Origin: a virus
Taxonomy: Duplodnaviria; Caudoviricetes
Reading direction: 5' to 3' (one strand)
Virus record (IMG/VR): IMGVR_UViG_3300034375_010355
Span: 1-24,055 of that record
Length of the DNA stretch: 24,055 nucleotides
Shown: in pieces, positions 8,777-17,047 of the stretch
Layout of the letters: every line of letters starts with the position of its first letter
Numbering within the stretch: the first letter of the stretch is position 1
Notes under the pieces: model-generated
What the model saw: only the letters and a program-made list of their open reading frames with translations
The model's database searches: none
Told to the model about the DNA's origin: nothing
Made by a program: the position numbers and the translations under genes

Positions 8777-9286
8777 GTGAAACAAATGGGCATTCAAATC
8801 TATGTAGCTTGCTTGAGGGCTTACAATAACGGTATTCTTCACGGCCGATGGATTAACGCAACACTAGGCGAAGACCATATTAAAGAAGAAGTAGAAGCTA
8901 TGCTTAAAGAATCTCCCGAAGATGGCGAAGAGTGGGCTATTCACGATTATCAGGGCTTCGGAGAAATAACAATTCATGAATATCAAGATTTTCGCTCTAT
9001 TGCTGACTTAGCCGAGGCAATTGAGGAACACGGAGAAATTATTACTCTTTTACATGACGAGCTATCAAACGATTCTATATCGGCAACAATTGAGCATTTT
9101 AAAGATTATTATTTAGGATCATACGAAAGTGAAACAGACTACGCTTTAGAATATTATGAGAACACAGGCCAAAAAGTTGATGATTTTATTTATTATCACA
9201 TTGATTTCAGAGCTATGGGAAAAGATTTATTAACCGACTGCGTACATTTTTGGCATGATAATGAGTTACATGTATTTTGCGCTTAA
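8777..9286 (+). CDS. ardA: antirestriction protein ArdA
   Basis: IYVACLRAYNNGILHGRWI, EEWAIHDYQGF, YLGSYES..DYA, YHIDF.AMGKDL; very acidic DNA-mimic composition. Confidence 0.92.
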   Translation: MKQMGIQIYVACLRAYNNGILHGRWINATLGEDHIKEEVEAMLKESPEDGEEWAIHDYQGFGEITIHEYQDFRSIADLAEAIEEHGEIITLLHDELSNDSISATIEHFKDYYLGSYESETDYALEYYENTGQKVDDFIYYHIDFRAMGKDLLTDCVHFWHDNELHVFCA

Positions 9287-9293
9287 ACTTTAT

Positions 9294-9321
9294 CCTAGCT
9301 CTTGAGCAATCAAGGGCTAGG
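9294..9321 (+). other. 12-bp RNA hairpin with GCAA tetraloop
   Basis: CCTAGCTCTTGA-GCAA-TCAAGGGCTAGG (one G-U pair); no adjacent U tract. Confidence 0.6.
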
Positions 9322-9346
9322 CTATCGGTTTAAACAAAAGGTTATT

Positions 9347-9526
9347 ATGAAAATATACGTTTATAAAACAACTCGCTTCGGGAGAGTAGACTACAAACCA
9401 GCTTGCACAATTAGCAGCTTGGTTTGCGAATGGCGAGATTCTGCGAGTTTAACGCCTAAAGATCTGCAATTCTTAAAGATCTTGGGCTATGAAGCAGTTG
9501 AAAAAGCAGTCGCCAAAAAAGATTGA
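9347..9526 (+). CDS. small hypothetical phage early protein
   Basis: ATG 9347 with AAGG RBS preferred over the TTG at 9302, which lies inside the hairpin. Confidence 0.65.
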   Translation: MKIYVYKTTRFGRVDYKPACTISSLVCEWRDSASLTPKDLQFLKILGYEAVEKAVAKKD

Positions 9527-9744
9527 AGAGGCTATTTTGTCTTGAAAGTCTTTAAAAAAAGACAAAAAAAAATGAGCGGTTTAGTCCTGAAAAACAAGCC
9601 GCTCATTCAAACAAAAGACCCTGAAAGGGCAAATAACTAACTAAACTTTAGCATAAGCCTAGATTTTAGTTAAGTTCTAAAGATTATTTTAATCTAATTC
9701 CTTTCAGGGTCTCCACTATTAACAATTAACTGGAGGCTCCGATC

Positions 9745-10728
9745 TTGCTTAGTTCAGAACACCACTCATTTGATGTATACCTTGCTGCCGAATACGGAAT
9801 TCAAGAGGCTATAATGATACACCATTTTCAGCATTGGATAGGTGTTAATATGCGAAAAAAAAATGGGAAAAAGCAAAACTTCCGTAATGGGAAGTGGTGG
9901 ACTTACGACACAATTGATAACATAGCAGCTCATTTTCCTTATTGGTCAAAAGATCAGGTAGTGACAATCATTGAAAGGCTTTGCAAGGGGAAATCTAGAT
10001 TCGAAAAAACCAAAAAATTTGAACCAGTTTTGATTAAAGGTAACTTTAACAAAGTTAAATATGACAGAACCTTATGGTATGCTTTTGCTAATGAAGAAAA
10101 GTTTATTAAATTGCGTAACAACAATTCTGATATTGTGGAAACACACAATCGAAACTGCTCACCCACACCACCTATACCAGATACTAAACCAGATACTAAA
10201 ACTAATACATGTTTTGTATCGGCCAAGGCCGATGCAGAAAAAGCAAGTCAAAAAGAAAAGAATTTTGACCTTGAATCAATCAAGGCTATTTGCAAGTCAA
10301 AGTATCCAAAAGCCTCAAAAGCTGAAATTGATTACGCAATTGAGCAGCTAGTCAATGCCGTCAAAGTCTCTAATCCCACTAAGTACGTCTTGGCCGTCTT
10401 GGCTAAACAATTCTCAAGCAAAGCGAATAAAAGAGCCAATTCTCTTTATGAGAAGTGCAAGGACTTCTTTGCTGGATTGAAAAAGATTGAAAGCTCTTAC
10501 AATACATTCATTCCTAAAATTGAGTTCAAACAACTGATTTTTCAGGCTAGCGATGCAAAAAGGGAATTTAGCTTCGAGGATAATAATTTTAGAGAGTCTG
10601 TCCACTTCTTCCTGAATCGGTATGATTATGAGCTAGCTTCAAGGTTTCGGGACGCTTTTCTAGGAAACGATTATAACGCCTCTAATTTCATGCGAAAGCA
10701 AGGAATCAATCCAATGTTGCTTAAATGA
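9745..10728 (+). CDS. phage replication initiator protein (winged-helix N-terminus)
   Basis: HSFDV..A.EYGI.EAI, HW...N, GKWWTY, FPYWS, GNFNK..YDRTLWY N-terminal domain typical of phage replisome organisers; P/T-rich linker; followed by a DnaC-like gene; TTG start with GGAGG. Confidence 0.8.
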   Translation: MLSSEHHSFDVYLAAEYGIQEAIMIHHFQHWIGVNMRKKNGKKQNFRNGKWWTYDTIDNIAAHFPYWSKDQVVTIIERLCKGKSRFEKTKKFEPVLIKGNFNKVKYDRTLWYAFANEEKFIKLRNNNSDIVETHNRNCSPTPPIPDTKPDTKTNTCFVSAKADAEKASQKEKNFDLESIKAICKSKYPKASKAEIDYAIEQLVNAVKVSNPTKYVLAVLAKQFSSKANKRANSLYEKCKDFFAGLKKIESSYNTFIPKIEFKQLIFQASDAKREFSFEDNNFRESVHFFLNRYDYELASRFRDAFLGNDYNASNFMRKQGINPMLLK

Positions 10729-10779
10729 AAAATAATCGAAATTTGAGCCGTTTCTGGCCTTTCTGGAGGATTTTAAAAC

Positions 10780-11067
10780 ATGGATTCAGATGAAAATGAC
10801 AAATTGCAGCAAAAAGTTGTGATTTCAATGCAATATGAAGACGTTATTTATACCTATGCTCAAATTTACGCAATCATGGCGCAAGAAATGCCCGAAGCTA
10901 CAACAGAGCAAGTCGATTACTGTATTGAGCAAGTGAGACAAAAAAAAGTATTTGACTTTGTATCTTACTTTAAAAGAATAATTATTAACCAAGTAAAGCA
11001 AAAGGCTAAAGATGCTAACCTTAAAAAAAGCACAAGAAAAGACAAGCGAAGCTATCTTTGCAAGTAA
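10780..11067 (+). CDS. small protein resembling the initiator's central helical domain
   Basis: GGAGG RBS; PEATTEQVDYCIEQV aligns with initiator PKASKAEIDYAIEQL. Confidence 0.7.
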   Translation: MDSDENDKLQQKVVISMQYEDVIYTYAQIYAIMAQEMPEATTEQVDYCIEQVRQKKVFDFVSYFKRIIINQVKQKAKDANLKKSTRKDKRSYLCK

Positions 11068-11890
11068 TGAGGAAAGGGCAGCAAAAATTAAAATCGCATA
11101 TCAGAGCCTAAACGGTCGATTAACTGAGGTTGATTTTTTAGGAGTCGAGGGAAGCAGAGACGAAAGCGGAGCTAGAACCGTGATTTTGAGAGAAGGCAAT
11201 TGCAAGCGTTGCGGAGGACAGATGGGGTATCTTTTCCCCGAAGGTAAAGATTTTATGTTTAGCTGCTTTTCCTGCTTTGACCATGAAGTGCAAAATTCTA
11301 AAGAGATTGCTAACAAAATTTATATCGAAAAATTAGAGTCACCCCCTGAATTGGATTATGTTGCTAAGTTTAAATTAAACACTAGGCATTCTAATCCAAG
11401 CCTTGAAGCTTGGAGATTTTCTTCTTACATTAGCTTGGTGAAAAAATGGCTATTGGATTCAAAAGAAAGGAAACAAAAAGAGTTTTTAGTTTTTGTAGCA
11501 CCTCAATTTGGAGGAAAGTCTTATTTTTGTGCTGCCTTGTTGAACTATCTGTCAAAAGAAAAGCGTCAAGGTGTGGAATTTAAAGTAGTTAATACATTGT
11601 TATCAGAATTAAAACAAGAAATGAACAAGAATTATCAATGGCTTTTAAATTGTAACAAAAATGCGGATTTTTTAATTCTTAATAAGCTTGGTGTTCATGG
11701 CACTAATGAATGGGCATTAGATACATTAACCGAGATTCTAGTGCACAGATATGACCATAGATTGCCAACAGTCATCACAACCCCGATTACAGAGCGTGAT
11801 TCGGAACTCATATTTAATAAACATTTGGTAGGTTATGTTTATGGATCTCAAAATACTACCATAAAAAGCTCAGCATTAAAAGACCGGTAA
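11012..11890 (+). CDS. DnaC/IstB-like AAA+ helicase loader with degenerate Walker motifs
   Basis: CxxC...CxxC, LVFVAPQFGGKSY (Walker A-like), ADFLILNKLG (Walker B-like), EILVHRYDHRLPTVITT. Confidence 0.8.
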   Translation: MLTLKKAQEKTSEAIFASNEERAAKIKIAYQSLNGRLTEVDFLGVEGSRDESGARTVILREGNCKRCGGQMGYLFPEGKDFMFSCFSCFDHEVQNSKEIANKIYIEKLESPPELDYVAKFKLNTRHSNPSLEAWRFSSYISLVKKWLLDSKERKQKEFLVFVAPQFGGKSYFCAALLNYLSKEKRQGVEFKVVNTLLSELKQEMNKNYQWLLNCNKNADFLILNKLGVHGTNEWALDTLTEILVHRYDHRLPTVITTPITERDSELIFNKHLVGYVYGSQNTTIKSSALKDR

Positions 11891-12003
11891 AGATTAATTT
11901 CCCCGAAATCGCTGTTATAGGGAATAAAGAGGGGCTTTGATTGTCAAAGCCTTTCCTTTAATACCGTTTTTTGCTATACTTTTTCCAAATTTTGGAGGCT
12001 ATA

Positions 12004-12261
12004 ATGAAAACTATAGAACTTAAAATCAAAGACTTCCCAGCTAGTGAGCTTCACTATTTAAAACTTGCTGCTAAAAAATTAAATGTTGCTTTCGAGGAAC
12101 TGGCTAAAGACGCAATCATAAATACAATTTTGCGCCTTGAAGATGATTGGATTGAAGAACAGATGCTTGAAGAGGATAGCGTCTACATTGCTCAAAAGGT
12201 CGATCAAGGCCAAGAAGAGATTTTCGCATTTGATGAAGTCCAAGAAGAGTTAATGGCATAA
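12004..12261 (+). CDS. putative antitoxin (RHH-like N-terminus, acidic C-terminus)
   Basis: ATG 12004 with GGAGG; TGcTATACT extended -10 at 11972-11980; LED motif and acidic tail; stop overlaps the RelE start (TAATG). Confidence 0.75.
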   Translation: MKTIELKIKDFPASELHYLKLAAKKLNVAFEELAKDAIINTILRLEDDWIEEQMLEEDSVYIAQKVDQGQEEIFAFDEVQEELMA

Positions 12262-12530
12262 TGGATCTTTGTTTAACCTATACAGCTAAAAATAAACTAA
12301 AAAAGATTCATCCTGAAGAGCGCAAAAAGCTTATTAGAGCTATTTCTTATTTAGCAGATGAGGCTAGGCCATTAGGCTATCGAAAAATGAGAGGCTACGG
12401 AATCGTGCATTATCGCATAAAAATAGGCTCTTGCAGAATCATTTACAGAATAGAAGCTAGTCACTTGCTTGTGCTTTGTGTAGAAGTTGGACATAGAGAC
12501 AGTTTGTACGAAGAAAAAAGCCCCAAGTGA
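12261..12530 (+). CDS. relE: RelE/ParE-family toxin
   Basis: AKNKLKKI, LA...RP.G.RKM.G, YRIKIG..RIIY.I, VEVGHR..LY. Confidence 0.88.
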   Translation: MDLCLTYTAKNKLKKIHPEERKKLIRAISYLADEARPLGYRKMRGYGIVHYRIKIGSCRIIYRIEASHLLVLCVEVGHRDSLYEEKSPK

Positions 12531-12609
12531 GGCACTTAAGGCTTCAAAAAGCAAACTTAAATTTAAGTTAGTCTTTTTGCCTATTAATCGCTATTGCTTA
12601 TAAAAAAGA

Positions 12610-12873
12610 TTACCATTTGACCTTATCTGCCCAGTAAGCAGCCGACATCTTACCTTTTGCAATGTTCTTGGCGTGTCGTGCTTTAAAGGCAGCTTGACGC
12701 TTTGTAGGTTGTTTGTCTCCTGTAACACCTTGTTGCCCGAACCTAATCGTTTTTATCTTATCGCCTTCTTTAGCAACTACTACGTGTGACTTGGTCTTGT
12801 GTCCCGGCGTGCGCTTTGGTTTGTTATAAGCAGATACACCTGCTCTTTCTAGTCTTGGATCTTTCTTGGCCAT
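12610..12873 (-). CDS. conserved small basic phage protein of unknown function
   Basis: GAGG RBS; NKPKRTP.H.TKSHVV.AK, IRFGQQG, FKARH, SAAYWADKVKW is a pattern I recognise from many environmental phages. Confidence 0.85.
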   Translation of the reverse strand: MAKKDPRLERAGVSAYNKPKRTPGHKTKSHVVVAKEGDKIKTIRFGQQGVTGDKQPTKRQAAFKARHAKNIAKGKMSAAYWADKVKW

Positions 12874-12927
12874 AATTTAATCTACCCTCAAGTTGTTTCT
12901 TGCCTTTCTATTTTGCTTTTACAGTAC

Positions 12928-13239
12928 TCATTTTTTTTTGATATATTTTAGCAGGCTGTCCAGGCAGTCTTCATAAGTATCGTAAAATTCCAACAAGAGA
13001 CAATCGCCTTCATAAAAAATTTCAATCAGGTAAATTGCTTCTGTTAAGTTTTCATCGTTGGCTTTTTTTACCCTAAGTGTACCGCCAAGTAAAGGCTCGT
13101 ATAATCCCAGCAAATAGTATCCCTGATCTTCTACATTAAGCCATCCACCTTCTTCCTTAAGAGGATCTGTTTTAACTACTTTTGCATTATCGTTTTTAAT
13201 TTTTGAGTAAATTTCCATGTTCCTAAAACATCCATACAT
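12928..13239 (-). CDS. hypothetical protein
   Basis: 103-aa ORF; alternative start at the second Met (MEIYSK) with AGGA RBS. Confidence 0.6.
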   Translation of the reverse strand: MYGCFRNMEIYSKIKNDNAKVVKTDPLKEEGGWLNVEDQGYYLLGLYEPLLGGTLRVKKANDENLTEAIYLIEIFYEGDCLLLEFYDTYEDCLDSLLKYIKKK

Positions 13240-13423
13240 GTTAAAATCTTTTATTTTAAATTTGGATTCATCTTATGAGACAAGCTTTTATAACATCAAT
13301 TCTTTATTTTATATATCGGGTTTTAATGGATGAGGGAGACAATCCTTCTACCTATAAAAAAACAGGTCTGCTTTTTTTAACAGTCCTATTCATCAATAGC
13401 ATTTTTGACTACATGGGGATATA

Positions 13424-13810
13424 ATGAAAAAGTTAATTTGTTTTTTTCTTTTGATCTGTTTTTCTCTTCATGCTAGCCTAAGCGTCAGCGAAAGAAACGA
13501 AATTTTTGCTCAATGCGAATTAGAAACTCGAAAATCAATGAGACTTCTCGAAGAAGCCGATGAACATTTTAATAAAATACTTAATGTCCATGCGAGAGAA
13601 GTTTGCAAGAACGCTATTGCAGCAGCTTTTGCAACAATGCTTGCCAGTGGAAAAAAAGAAAGAGCAATAACAGCGATAGTTACCGTCATTGCTCAATTTG
13701 CTGTAAATGCTTGCGATCATTTTTGGGATGGCGTTGACTGCGTAAATGACGCAAAAGACCATGCCAAAAAAGCAGACGAACTTCAAGAAAGACTTTGGCG
13801 TGACCGTTGA
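13424..13810 (+). CDS. secreted/periplasmic helical protein
   Basis: GGGGA RBS; signal peptide MKKLICFFLLICFSLHA; central hydrophobic helices. Confidence 0.75.
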   Translation: MKKLICFFLLICFSLHASLSVSERNEIFAQCELETRKSMRLLEEADEHFNKILNVHAREVCKNAIAAAFATMLASGKKERAITAIVTVIAQFAVNACDHFWDGVDCVNDAKDHAKKADELQERLWRDR

Positions 13811-14007
13811 GCGAGTGGCACAAAATTCGTTAAGTCTTTATTTGTCACTTGTCCGTTTGTAAGCTCTTCGATTTTTTTTGCTAATTTAGGCCTTGGCCAG
13901 CGTCTTTTAGTACATAGAGACCATAACGTAACTTTATCAATGCCTAAAATTCTAGCAATGGCGCACTTTTTATAGCCGTTAAGCTCTATCCAATCCTTAA
14001 TTTCCAT
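13783..14007 (-). CDS. Cro-like HTH regulator
   Basis: AGGAG RBS; AIARILGIDKVTLWSL HTH; P.P.LA.KIEELTNGQVT..DL tail typical of Cro/YdaS-like proteins. Confidence 0.85.
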   Translation of the reverse strand: MEIKDWIELNGYKKCAIARILGIDKVTLWSLCTKRRWPRPKLAKKIEELTNGQVTNKDLTNFVPLAQRSRQSLS

Positions 14008-14030
14008 TTAAAAACTCCTGTTTTGCAAAA

Positions 14031-14096
14031 ACTCTAATTGAACTCATTGTTAAACGCAACAAAAAGATTGCATTTAAAAAGCTGCGCTAGTACTCT
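14031..14096. promoter_or_regulatory. back-to-back divergent promoters
   Basis: Minus TTGCGT-17-TAGAGT (14059-14031) toward the HTH gene; plus TTGCAT-17-TACTCT (14068-14096) toward the nuclease. Confidence 0.5.
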
Positions 14097-14120
14097 CCTA
14101 GCCAAAAAAAGGATTTTCAG

Positions 14121-14681
14121 ATGTCAGATGATGAATTTAAAGACTATTACAGAGTTACCGAAGTGCTGTCTAAATTTTCAGGATTAGACAAAATAGACCT
14201 TAGCGTTTTAGCCAATGCAGCAGAGCGAGGCACTCGCTGCCATAATTTTTGCGAGCTATACGCTAAAAATGAGCTTTTTGTTGAGATAGATCTCGATTGC
14301 AAGCCTTATGTAGATTCTTTTATTGAGTGGTTTGATCTAACAGTAGAGCGAGTTGAGTTTTTAGAAAAAAGACTATTCTGTGACGACTTAAGAATCACCG
14401 GCCAAATGGATATGCTGGCCTATCTAAAAGGAGATGAAAAGCCATCTCTAATCGATATCAAAACCCCTCAGACAGAATCAAAAACATGGCCTTTGCAGCT
14501 GGCAGCTTATCGGCATTTGATGGATGCTAACAGTATAGACTATAAAAATTCTTTCGTGTTGCAATTGAACAAATCGGGTAGCTCCGCTAAAATATTTGAT
14601 TACACTTCGAGGTCTGAAAAAGATCTTGAATTGTTTAAAAATCTCCTTTCCGTACATCAATACTTTTCTCCGTTAAAATAA
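14121..14681 (+). CDS. PD-(D/E)XK exonuclease-like protein
   Basis: RVTEVL, AAERGTRCH, EKRL, TGQMD, LIDIKT, LQLAAY. Confidence 0.85.
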   Translation: MSDDEFKDYYRVTEVLSKFSGLDKIDLSVLANAAERGTRCHNFCELYAKNELFVEIDLDCKPYVDSFIEWFDLTVERVEFLEKRLFCDDLRITGQMDMLAYLKGDEKPSLIDIKTPQTESKTWPLQLAAYRHLMDANSIDYKNSFVLQLNKSGSSAKIFDYTSRSEKDLELFKNLLSVHQYFSPLK

Positions 14682-14705
14682 TAGATTCAAACCTTTGTTT
14701 TTTTT

Positions 14706-14736
14706 GGCCATGTTTCATCGCATGGCCTTTTTTTTT
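14706..14736 (+). terminator. intrinsic terminator
   Basis: GGCCATG-8nt-CATGGCC followed by T9. Confidence 0.75.
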
Positions 14737-14826
14737 ATCTCCTAACAGTCTAATTTTAAATTCAAAATATGGCCTTTGTAAAAGTCTGCTTTTTTTTTTC
14801 TGCTAGCGAAGAACTTAACTTTTTCG

Positions 14827-14855
14827 TTGTGATAAAAACACCGATTTAGTATAGT
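14827..14855 (+). promoter_or_regulatory. promoter for recombination operon
   Basis: TTGTGA-17-TATAGT. Confidence 0.45.
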
Positions 14856-14923
14856 TCTCTTTCTTTGCTTGAAAAAGCTTTGAACTTTACGCAACTTACA
14901 GTCAGCATTTTAGGGGTACAAAA

Positions 14924-15175
14924 ATGAAGACATGCTCAGACTTTCGCAATGCCGCTTGGCAAGCGTCAAAAGATTGCAACTGGAAACTGGCAGCCAGACT
15001 GCTCAAAGAAGCAATCAAGGTTTATCCATTAGATATTAAACACTCTTCTTTAGCTGCTCGTGATTATCAAAATCTCTTAGAGCAAATTCGTATTTACGAG
15101 ACTCAATCCGGATACAAAAAAGGCTCTCAAAAAGATGAGAGCCTAAAGGAAGCTATAGATGAAAAAAAACTATGA
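14924..15175 (+). CDS. hypothetical helical protein
   Basis: AGGGG RBS; TPR-like helical hairpin appearance. Confidence 0.7.
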   Translation: MKTCSDFRNAAWQASKDCNWKLAARLLKEAIKVYPLDIKHSSLAARDYQNLLEQIRIYETQSGYKKGSQKDESLKEAIDEKKL

Positions 15176-15383
15176 GATTACGCCTATGAGCGATTCATTC
15201 TATGACAGCTATTATAATTATGATTATCGCTGGCTCGAATGTTCGCATTGCAAGGAGTTATTTGATTCTGATAACAAATTTTTTGAATGTGGGCTAGATA
15301 AAAATTTAATTTTTTGCACGATGGCTTGTCGCAAGGAATGGATACTTGAAAACGCCCACGATTACATAGGGGTAAAACTATGA
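15159..15383 (+). CDS. small Zn-finger protein
   Basis: CSHC...FCTMAC. Confidence 0.7.
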   Translation: MKKNYEITPMSDSFYDSYYNYDYRWLECSHCKELFDSDNKFFECGLDKNLIFCTMACRKEWILENAHDYIGVKL

Positions 15384-15940
15384 TTGACTATATGGCATTA
15401 GCGCAACAACCGGACAATACCAGGCCAACATTTGAAATATCTGATAGAGAAAACGATGATCTTTTGAAACTTGAAAAGAATGTAAACCATATCGAGGCTA
15501 CTGCTGAAAATTTTGCGGTAGCTAACAGAAATGCAGCAAAAACAGCCTTGGAAATGGCTTGCCAGTCCAGAAAACTTGGCAAGCGATTAGAAGAGCTTAG
15601 AAAGGAAATTGTACGGCCTCACATTGATTTTCAAAAGGCATTAAAGAAGCTAGTCGATGGCTACACCGACAAGCTCGAATCAATAGAGGGTTCCCTTGTC
15701 AAAAAGCTGTCCGACTACAGGAAAAACTCGGACGATTTTTCAAAGCTCGAATCCGATGAAGGCAATTTAAGCATAGACACGACCTTTGATTTTAAAATCT
15801 CGGACCCTAGCTCTATCCCTGCTGAATATCTAACAGTCGATAAAAAAGCAATCGAGGGCGCAATAAAGCGAGGAATACGCAATATTGCAGGGGTAGAGGT
15901 CATTGAAAGCGAGAAAATCAGTCTAAGGACTAAAAACTAA
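15380..15940 (+). CDS. Gp157-like / Gam-like coiled-coil protein
   Basis: LEELRKEIVRP coiled coil; C-terminal IPAEYL.VDKKAI..AIK.G.R.IAGV motif; adjacent to ERF. Confidence 0.65.
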   Translation: MIDYMALAQQPDNTRPTFEISDRENDDLLKLEKNVNHIEATAENFAVANRNAAKTALEMACQSRKLGKRLEELRKEIVRPHIDFQKALKKLVDGYTDKLESIEGSLVKKLSDYRKNSDDFSKLESDEGNLSIDTTFDFKISDPSSIPAEYLTVDKKAIEGAIKRGIRNIAGVEVIESEKISLRTKN

Positions 15941-15955
15941 AACAAGGTAAACAAA

Positions 15956-16615
15956 ATGAACGAATTTTCAGAGAACATTAACGAAATTGCTACTGCCCTT
16001 TCAAAGTTTCAGGGGCAAGTTGGCACTATTGAAAAAGACAAAGAAGTTAATATCAGGGCTAAATCAGGCTATAACATCAAATACAAGTATGCAGATCTTG
16101 CTACCATTATGACACAAATCAGAAAGCCTTTATCTGAAAACGGCCTTTGCGTATCTCATGGGATACAGACGCAAGAAAATCAAAGGAGGTTGTTAGTTAC
16201 TACCGTTTTTCATAATTCCGGCCAATGGTTGCGCTCTTCTATGCTGATTGAGCAAACGAATGATGAGAAAAGCCTTGGCGCAAAAATCACCTATTACAGA
16301 CGCTATGCGCTATCGTCTTTGCTAGGTATTGTAACAGATGACGATGTAGACGCAGATTTGCAAGGGGCAATTCAACAAGAGCCGGTTCAACCTGTCCAGA
16401 CTGTCCAAACAAAACCTAAAGAAGTTGAGTTAAGTTTGGAAGCTTCGGAGTACTACCATAGCCAAAAAAACACACCACACTTCAAAAAATTTATTTGCCA
16501 TTTGTTAAAAAAGTCCGGAAAGAGCGAGAATGAGCTTTTGAATGGTATCGCCAAAAGGCAAGAAGATTTTGAAAAGAGCCTGAAAGTTTTTGCCTATGAG
16601 CAATCATCCGGCTAA
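15956..16615 (+). CDS. erf: ERF-family single-strand annealing protein
   Basis: ALSKFQ, YKYADL, PLSENGL, H.SGQW, GAKITYYRRYALSSLLGI..DDD.D. Confidence 0.92.
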   Translation: MNEFSENINEIATALSKFQGQVGTIEKDKEVNIRAKSGYNIKYKYADLATIMTQIRKPLSENGLCVSHGIQTQENQRRLLVTTVFHNSGQWLRSSMLIEQTNDEKSLGAKITYYRRYALSSLLGIVTDDDVDADLQGAIQQEPVQPVQTVQTKPKEVELSLEASEYYHSQKNTPHFKKFICHLLKKSGKSENELLNGIAKRQEDFEKSLKVFAYEQSSG

Positions 16616-16635
16616 ATCCGGCTAAATCCGACTAA
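16606..16635 (+). repeat. 3 x 10-bp tandem repeat
   Basis: ATCCGGCTAA ATCCGGCTAA ATCCGACTAA spanning the erf stop codon. Confidence 0.9.
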
Positions 16636-16646
16636 AGGGGGGTTGT

Positions 16647-16850
16647 ATGGACTATAATTTTCATCTAGAGGAGTTAGACTCCATACAATCCGCTAAAGTT
16701 GGCCGGTGGGATGGCTACAAACTAATGCTAAAATTCCAGTATCGGCAAGCAATGAACCTTTATGTTAAAGATCCCTTAGAGTTTCGAGCCCTGATTGAGG
16801 AAATGATAAAATTGCTTAAAGTGATGGAAGAAAAAACAAAAAAAAAGTAA
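16647..16850 (+). CDS. hypothetical protein
   Basis: GGGGGG RBS; last gene before terminator. Confidence 0.7.
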   Translation: MDYNFHLEELDSIQSAKVGRWDGYKLMLKFQYRQAMNLYVKDPLEFRALIEEMIKLLKVMEEKTKKK

Positions 16851-16887
16851 AAAAAAGTCTCATGCACATTTGTTTCATTTTGTTTTT

Positions 16888-16916
16888 CCCTCTCTTCCTG
16901 GAGAGGGTTTTTTTTT
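16888..16916 (+). terminator. intrinsic terminator of early/recombination operon
   Basis: CCCTCTC-6nt-GAGAGGG then T9. Confidence 0.8.
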
Positions 16917-16953
16917 GCCTTGGCTGGGGTATTTTGTGATTTTTAAATGAAAT

Positions 16954-16980
16954 AAAAAAACCCGACTCCGAAAAGTCGGG
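16954..16980 (-). terminator. intrinsic terminator of virion operon
   Basis: Minus strand CCCGACT-6nt-AGTCGGG then T7. Confidence 0.8.
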
Positions 16981-17047
16981 AAGATCTCTAAGCTATCTAC
17001 GAAAAATTATCAAATAAAAACATTTTGTTTTTATCGACAAAAGAGGT

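Noticed and set aside
10178-10203. CCAGATACTAAA x2 in the initiator gene as origin iterons
   Set aside because: Only two copies, explained by the PDTK-PDTK linker peptide; an internal origin is possible but unsupported.
14121-14681. PD-(D/E)XK nuclease as a Cas4 partner of the RAMP cassette
   Set aside because: Lacks the C-terminal Cys cluster of Cas4, lies 7 kb away and sits by the ERF recombination module; an ordinary phage exonuclease is the simpler reading.
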